Source of the DNA: Eledone cirrhosa
Taxonomy: Eukaryota
Assembly (NCBI GenBank): GCA_964016885.1
Contig: OZ024743.1
Span: 70,618,001-70,682,000, forward strand
Length of the DNA: 64,000 nt
Direction of reading: 5' to 3'
The notes below the pieces were generated by a model that worked only from the letters and a program-made list of their open reading frames with translations, had not been told where the DNA came from and did no database searches. The position numbers and the translations under genes were made by a program. Positions 57,672 to 64,000 of this stretch are shown here, piece after piece; positions within the stretch are counted from its first letter, which is position 1, and every line of letters begins with the position of its first letter.

Positions 57672-58416
57672 TACCGAATGTATGGATGTGTAAGTATGCG
57701 TGTGTATATAAGCATATATATTTTGTGCGAGTGTGCGAGTGTGTATACAGTCGCGTGCGTGCGCATGATTAGATATACATGGGACGAGGCGTATATGCGT
57801 ATATATATGCATCCTGTGTGTGTAGATGTGCTTGCATACGCTTTTGTCTGCACGTTTTTTGCCTGTATATATATATATTCCTTATAGATATACGTTTCTT
57901 GTAGATATACGTGTGTGTGTACGCGTGTACCTTGTTTGTCTTCTTTTCTTTAATTTTTTCTTTCTAAATTATTGTTCCATTTTTATAAATATATCGAGAA
58001 TGATACTTTCTTTTAATTATTACACTCCCTTATCTCATTAACTTCCGCATATAAGTGTACGTGCGTATGGGTGTGTTTATACGCGTGCCTTCATATTCTT
58101 ATAATGTATCTATTACCCTATTTCTGTGTACCTGCCAAACAGAAAACCACTTCATGTCTGTCTGTAGTTGACAGATACACAGATACACTTGCCGTAACAC
58201 ATATATTTATGCACACTTTTTCACTATACGTATACATTTATACATACACATATATGTACATCTGTGAGCGTATATACATACATATACACACACCTAACTA
58301 TATTTCTTGAAAGATTTTTATATATTTCATATGACTATTGTAATTCATTTGTCTATATTTATATACTTTTTTTGCTTTTCTTGATGAGACTTTCCAAGTA
58401 TTTAGCCATGTTTTAT

Positions 58417-58494
58417 ATTGCCTCGTCTGACGAACGAATGAAGACGTTTCTTTCGTATTCGCCTCATTCGGGAAACCTCTGGTAATGAGGTAAT
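58417..58494 (+). ncRNA. Type I hammerhead ribozyme
   Basis: attgcctcgt-CTGACGA-acgaatga...tcattcgg-GAAA-cc-tct-gg-TA-atgaggtaat. 10-bp stem I including G-U pairs. Confidence 0.85.
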
Positions 58495-58594
58495 TATATT
58501 GTATTGATTTTTATACATTAAATTTTGCTCTGGTACTTACATAGAGCACTCTTCACTTCTATGACCTTTTCTGCTTTCAACGGAAATTTCAATA

Positions 58595-58678
<84 letters not shown>

Positions 58679-58734
58679 AACACATTCAGCTGATCATGAG
58701 CTATCAGTTGAGTCACTGCGACTATATATACATT

Positions 58735-59102
58735 TGGCATAGAGCTGTGGCCCTTTATACTCTGAGTTCAAATCCTGCCAAGGTTAGCTTTGCCTTTCAT
58801 CCTTACGGGGTCGATAAAATAAAGTAACGCACTGGGGTCGATTTAATCGACTTTCCTCGTCCCAAAACTTTTAGTCTTGTGCCTAAATCTGAAACCATTA
58901 TCTCAACACAGTTGGGCGGTGAATTGGCAGTATCGGTAGAGGGTCGGACGCCATGCTTCGACGCATAGAGTTACGGCCCTTGCCATTCTGAGTTCAAATC
59001 CCGCCGAGGTTAACTTTGCCTTTCATACTTACGGAGTCGATAAAATAAAGTACCAGTAATGTACTGAGATAATTGCTGGCCTTGTGCCAATAGTAGAAAC
59101 AA
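58735..59102 (+). mobile_element. Two tandem tRNA-derived SINEs (second copy 58913-59102 complete)
   Basis: gggcggtgaattggcagtatcggtagag...gagttcaaatcccgccgagg...ggccttgtgcc. Confidence 0.85.
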
Positions 59103-59491
59103 CAGGTGCAGTAAGTCTCTAAGTCTTGTGTTCACTCTAACAACACAATAGTCTTTGTACAATCCATTACTTAATATTAATATTCCAACCAGACATTGTG
59201 TATCTCTTTTCGTTGTTTTACAATCAGATATACATGTCGAATCACTTCCAGGCGCTCCAGGCAATATGTAATTCAGAGCAACCTTTTACTTGTTTGCGTG
59301 GTCAGTAACTTCCGCAACTTCCATTCCTCTCCTCTTCTCTCTATATTACTTTAATTCATCTATTTTTTATTTCTTCGAGATTAGTCTAAAATCCTTAAAT
59401 GAACGTGTCTGAGCAGCCACATTTCAGAAAGACGCTACTTACTCGGAGACCAGGGAAGTTCTAGAAAATGTATATATTTATATGTATATAT

Positions 59492-59562
<71 letters not shown>

Positions 59563-59607
59563 AAAAGAGTCAGGGCCCCGACGGCTGACCTCCAGCCGTT
59601 TCGACAG

Positions 59608-59652
<45 letters not shown>

Positions 59653-59763
59653 AACGAGTAGGACCCTGGGGTCCTACTCCTTCCTATTACCCTCTCTACT
59701 ACCCTAAGTATTGAGTACTTTGGTGCGTTATGGTCCACCTGGTTCCTTACCACATTTTCTTCG

Positions 59764-59806
<43 letters not shown>

Positions 59807-59893
59807 TGTAAAAAGTAAGCAGGAATAACAAAACAAACGACAAAGTACATTGAAGAAATATATTAGTTTAACGCTTGAGATAACAGAAGAGTG

Positions 59894-59929
59894 TTTTAAC
59901 GTTTCGGGCAGTAGTCCTTCATCAGAAAA
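59894..59929 (-). ncRNA. Minimal type I hammerhead ribozyme
   Basis: tttt-CTGATGA-aggactactgccc-GAAA-cg-TT-aaaa. Confidence 0.65.
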
Positions 59930-60106
59930 TAGAATTGGAAATAAAAAATAAACTAGTAAGATAAAGAGTGAAAAGAGGAAGGAACGGCAAAAAAATTAGA
60001 AAAAAAACCGTGCATATTCAGTCAGCCATACATATCTTTGTGTGTTTGTGTGTATGTGTGTGCTGTATGTGTGTGGGGGGTGTATGGGTGGGTGGGTGTG
60101 TGTGTT

Positions 60107-60159
<53 letters not shown>

Positions 60160-60653
60160 ACCTCCATCGGTTTCTACGATGAGTGTTCCAGTTGTTGGAC
60201 CAACGGAAATACCTGCTCTTGAAATTAAGGTGTGAGTGACTGAGCATTCCACAGACAATTGCTCCCTTAATGTAGGCTTCAGGGAGATTCAGTATGTCTA
60301 AGTTAGTGATAGGGTTGACCTTTTGAAACCCAGGTCAAACTCATTTTTGGCAGCTCAGTGGACAGCTTTAAGGGCTTTCGTAAGGATTAAAAGTAAAGTT
60401 ACTCTCGGTAAGATTCGAACCGAGAACAGTGAGAACCGAATCTCATACCGCAAAACATTTTATCTGACGTTCTAGCAAGTCGGCCATGTGACCGCCTTAG
60501 CTGTCACATGACATTCACTTAATTCTTGACACGTCACCTAAACACCTACATAGATTGTACGCGTTAAAAATGCACGTGCATTTCCATACACACATAGACA
60601 CAGCGAAACACACACAGAGACGCACATTCAGACACACACACGCACTCACACAA

Positions 60654-60725
<72 letters not shown>

Positions 60726-61108
60726 ACACACACACACACTCACAGATGCACATTCAGACACACACACACACACAGACACACAAACAGATGCACATTCAGA
60801 CACACACACACACACAGACACACACACAGATGCACATTCAGACACACACACACACACACACACAAACATACATGCTACAGTCACAACTCAACTAAGTGGT
60901 TTAAAGTCACTCACTAACATTCTCCATCATCTGGACTACAGACGTACTGTCATCTCACACATACACAAATATATATATACACTCGCACATACATATACAC
61001 ACGTACAATCACACATATATACACACTTTACACAAACATGGATTTGCATAAAATACATCTTTCACTCCACTATCTACCCCCTCTCTTTCTCTCCCACCCT
61101 TCTGCGTG

Positions 61109-61145
<37 letters not shown>

Positions 61146-61362
61146 CTGTGTGTGCATGTATGTACATAGACACGCACGCACACATTATATATACATATAT
61201 GTGTGTGTGTGTATGTATGTATATGTGTATATATGGTATATTTATAAGCATATATATGTATATATATATGAGTTTTATATATATATCATATATATATATG
61301 AGTTTTATATATTATATATATATATATATTCACACACACATATACATATATACTATATATAT

Positions 61363-61427
<65 letters not shown>

Positions 61428-61444
61428 TATATGTATATATATAT

Positions 61445-61478
<34 letters not shown>

Positions 61479-61479
<1 letters not shown>

Positions 61480-61930
61480 CGATATTAAATCAATGGAAAC
61501 TATATTTATTTCATTATATATATTTCAGGGATATCATATTAACAATATGTTATGCCTTCTTCAGACAAAATACAATATAGACAGTTTTATAAATAAACAG
61601 ATTTGACATACCGTTCAACATCGACTTGTATTTGAAAAGTTGATTTGGCAGTCACTGCCAAATCAACTTTTCAAATACAAGTCGATGTTGAACGGTATGT
61701 CAAATCTGTTTATTTATAAAACTGTCTATATTGTATTTTGTCTGAAGAAGGCATAACATATTGTTAATATGATATCCCTGAAATATATATAATGAAATAA
61801 ATATGATTTTATAAATATAGTTTCCATTGATTTAATATCGTAAATATACTCCAAATACTTGTTGAGTGCTTTTATATCAGTTATAAATATTTACTAGTTG
61901 TAACCCAACAATTTAAATATAACTTTCCAT
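61479..61930. repeat. Palindrome of PLE pLTR (family B) with two HHRs
   Basis: Centre at 61653 (ttggcagt-c-actgccaa). HHRs at 61507-61572 (-) and 61734-61799 (+). Confidence 0.85.
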
Positions 61931-61938
61931 ATATATAT

Positions 61939-62027
<89 letters not shown>

Positions 62028-62028
62028 A

Positions 62029-62074
<46 letters not shown>

Positions 62075-62095
62075 TATAAATATATATGTATATAT

Positions 62096-62508
62096 TGAAA
62101 CAAAATGAAAACGAAATTTCATTTCTCACTCTTAGTATGGCACTTACTTAAATGTAAGTATGCATGTATACGCACATACATATATGTATACAGACGTACA
62201 GTAGCATGCACATATATATATACATATACATATATACATACATATGCATACAGGTACACATACATATATGCACGTATCAGTTTAGCGGCGCTTATTATAA
62301 CGTCGCTTTGTTCGTTTGTAAACAAACTGAACAGCCTGAATTTATGCCATGCGGTGTTAAGGCAATCACGTCACCTTTTTGTTCAACACTGACACAGGAA
62401 CGATGTACTAGGCACCGTTTACCCAGCTGCCAGATAGTTGAACGTTCGAAAGTATATACTTTCCTTATGAAAATTAACGGCTGAGCAGCCTAATTTGCAT
62501 ACTGAGTG
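62096..62508 (-). repeat. Inverted copy of the 472-bp unit lacking the HHR core
   Basis: Reverse complement of the array unit, with a 24-nt deletion at ~62411. Confidence 0.9.
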
Positions 62509-62606
62509 ATATGCCTGAATTTATGCCATACGGTGTTAAGGCAAGGTGTTCATTCATAAGGAAAGTATATACTTTCGAACGTTCAACTATCTGGCAGATG
62601 GGTAAG

Positions 62607-62647
62607 CGGTGCTGATGATAGCTAACAAGCTTGAAACTAGTACATCG
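62607..62647 (+). ncRNA. Minimal type I hammerhead ribozyme, unit 1
   Basis: cggtg-CTGATGA-tagctaacaagctt-GAAA-ctag-TA-catcg. Predicted cleavage after 62642. Confidence 0.88.
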
Positions 62648-62995
62648 TTCCTGTGTCAGTGTTGAACAAAAAGGTGACGTGGTTGCCTTAACACCGTATG
62701 GCATAAATTCAGGCTGTTCAGTTTGTTTACAAACGAACAAAGCGACGTTATAATAAGCGCCGCTAAACTGATACGTGCATATATGTATGTGTACCTGTAT
62801 GCATATGTATGTATATATGTATATGTATATATATATGTGCATGCTACTGTACGTCTGTATACATATATGTATGTGCGTATACATGCATACTTACATTTAA
62901 GTAAGTGCCATACTAAGAGTGAGAAATGAAATTTCGTTTTCATTTTGTTTCAATTTATCGTTTTCGGTATGCCTGACCGATTTAACTCACTCAAT

Positions 62996-63003
62996 ATGCA
63001 AAT
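62996..63003 (+). promoter_or_regulatory. Octamer motif ATGCAAAT (one per unit; also 63468 and 63940)
   Basis: Exact octamer ~80 nt upstream of the HHR, retained in the diverged copy at 32302. Confidence 0.4.
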
Positions 63004-63078
63004 TAGGCTGCTCAGCCGTTAATTTTCATAAGGAAAGTATATACTTTCGAACGTTCAACTATCTGGCAGATGGGTAAA

Positions 63079-63119
63079 CGGTGCTGATGATAGCTAACAA
63101 GCTTGAAACTAGTACATCG
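63079..63119 (+). ncRNA. Minimal type I hammerhead ribozyme, unit 2
   Basis: Identical motif. Stem I extends to aacggtg/catcgtt. Predicted cleavage after 63114. Confidence 0.88.
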
Positions 63120-63550
63120 TTCCTGTGTCAGTGTTGAACAAAAAGGTGACGTGGTTGCCTTAACACCGTATGGCATAAATTCAGGCTGTTCAGTTTGTTT
63201 ACAAACGAACAAAGCGACGTTATAATAAGCGCCGCTAAACTGATACGTGCATATATGTATGTGTACCTGTATGCATATGTATGTATATATGTATATGTAT
63301 ATATATATGTGCATGCTACTGTACGTCTGTATACATATATGTATGTGCGTATACATGCATACTTACATTTAAGTAAGTGCCATACTAAGAGTGAGAAATG
63401 AAATTTCGTTTTCATTTTGTTTCAATTTATCGTTTTCGGTATGCCTGACCGATTTAACTCACTCAATATGCAAATTAGGCTGCTCAGCCGTTAATTTTCA
63501 TAAGGAAAGTATATACTTTCGAACGTTCAACTATCTGGCAGATGGGTAAA

Positions 63551-63591
63551 CGGTGCTGATGATAGCTAACAAGCTTGAAACTAGTACATCG
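63551..63591 (+). ncRNA. Minimal type I hammerhead ribozyme, unit 3
   Basis: Identical motif. Predicted cleavage after 63586. Confidence 0.88.
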
Positions 63592-64000
63592 TTCCTGTGT
63601 CAGTGTTGAACAAAAAGGTGACGTGGTTGCCTTAACACCGTATGGCATAAATTCAGGCTGTTCAGTTTGTTTACAAACGAACAAAGCGACGTTATAATAA
63701 GCGCCGCTAAACTGATACGTGCATATATGTATGTGTACCTGTATGCATATGTATGTATATATGTATATGTATATATATATGTGCATGCTACTGTACGTCT
63801 GTATACATATATGTATGTGCGTATACATGCATACTTACATTTAAGTAAGTGCCATACTAAGAGTGAGAAATGAAATTTCGTTTTCATTTTGTTTCAATTT
63901 ATCGTTTTCGGTATGCCTGACCGATTTAACTCACTCAATATGCAAATTAGGCTGCTCAGCCGTTAATTTTCATAAGGAAAGTATATACTTTCGAACGTTC

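Larger units (their letters stand above)
62554..64000 (+). mobile_element. 472-bp tandem array with one hammerhead ribozyme per unit (retrozyme-like)
   Basis: Period of exactly 472 (ORF pairs 62656/63128/63600). At least 3 near-identical units, running off the window end. Confidence 0.9.

Noticed and set aside
58913-59010. tRNA gene
   Set aside because: A and B boxes belong to multi-copy SINE heads; there is no complete cloverleaf.
62105-63887. Repeated 68-136 aa ORFs in the 472-bp units
   Set aside because: They overlap on both strands, include TA/CA microsatellite-derived residues and have no recognisable domain. They recur only because the DNA is repeated.

Overview
AT-rich eukaryotic DNA saturated with microsatellites. 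The SINE and repeat content resembles octopod cephalopods (my inference; not confirmed). I found no confident host gene; almost all listed ORFs are microsatellite artefacts. Decayed transposable elements are present: two Tx1/L1-type LINE copies bounded by (GATA)n (10.3-15.4 kb), a 5'-truncated Penelope-like element (PLE) with a GIY-YIG endonuclease (51.0-53.5 kb), an internally deleted Chapaev3-like DNA transposon with TAA TSD (25.6-27.2 kb), RTE fragments, many tRNA-derived SINEs, MITEs and Helitron-like 3' ends. The main hidden signal is roughly 25-28 type I hammerhead ribozyme (HHR) motifs from several sequence families, found by eye. They sit in short non-coding units, mostly within (TA)n tracts, arranged as tandem arrays or palindromes. 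Three examples stand out: a near-perfect 472-bp tandem array with one minimal HHR and one octamer motif per unit (62.55 kb to the window end), a ~597-bp tandem/inverted unit whose HHR has a U3-A8 core, and a 483-bp unit bounded by direct repeats. Together these look like a family of PLE-dependent retrozymes that could produce circular RNAs. All RNA structures were paired manually and none has been tested.
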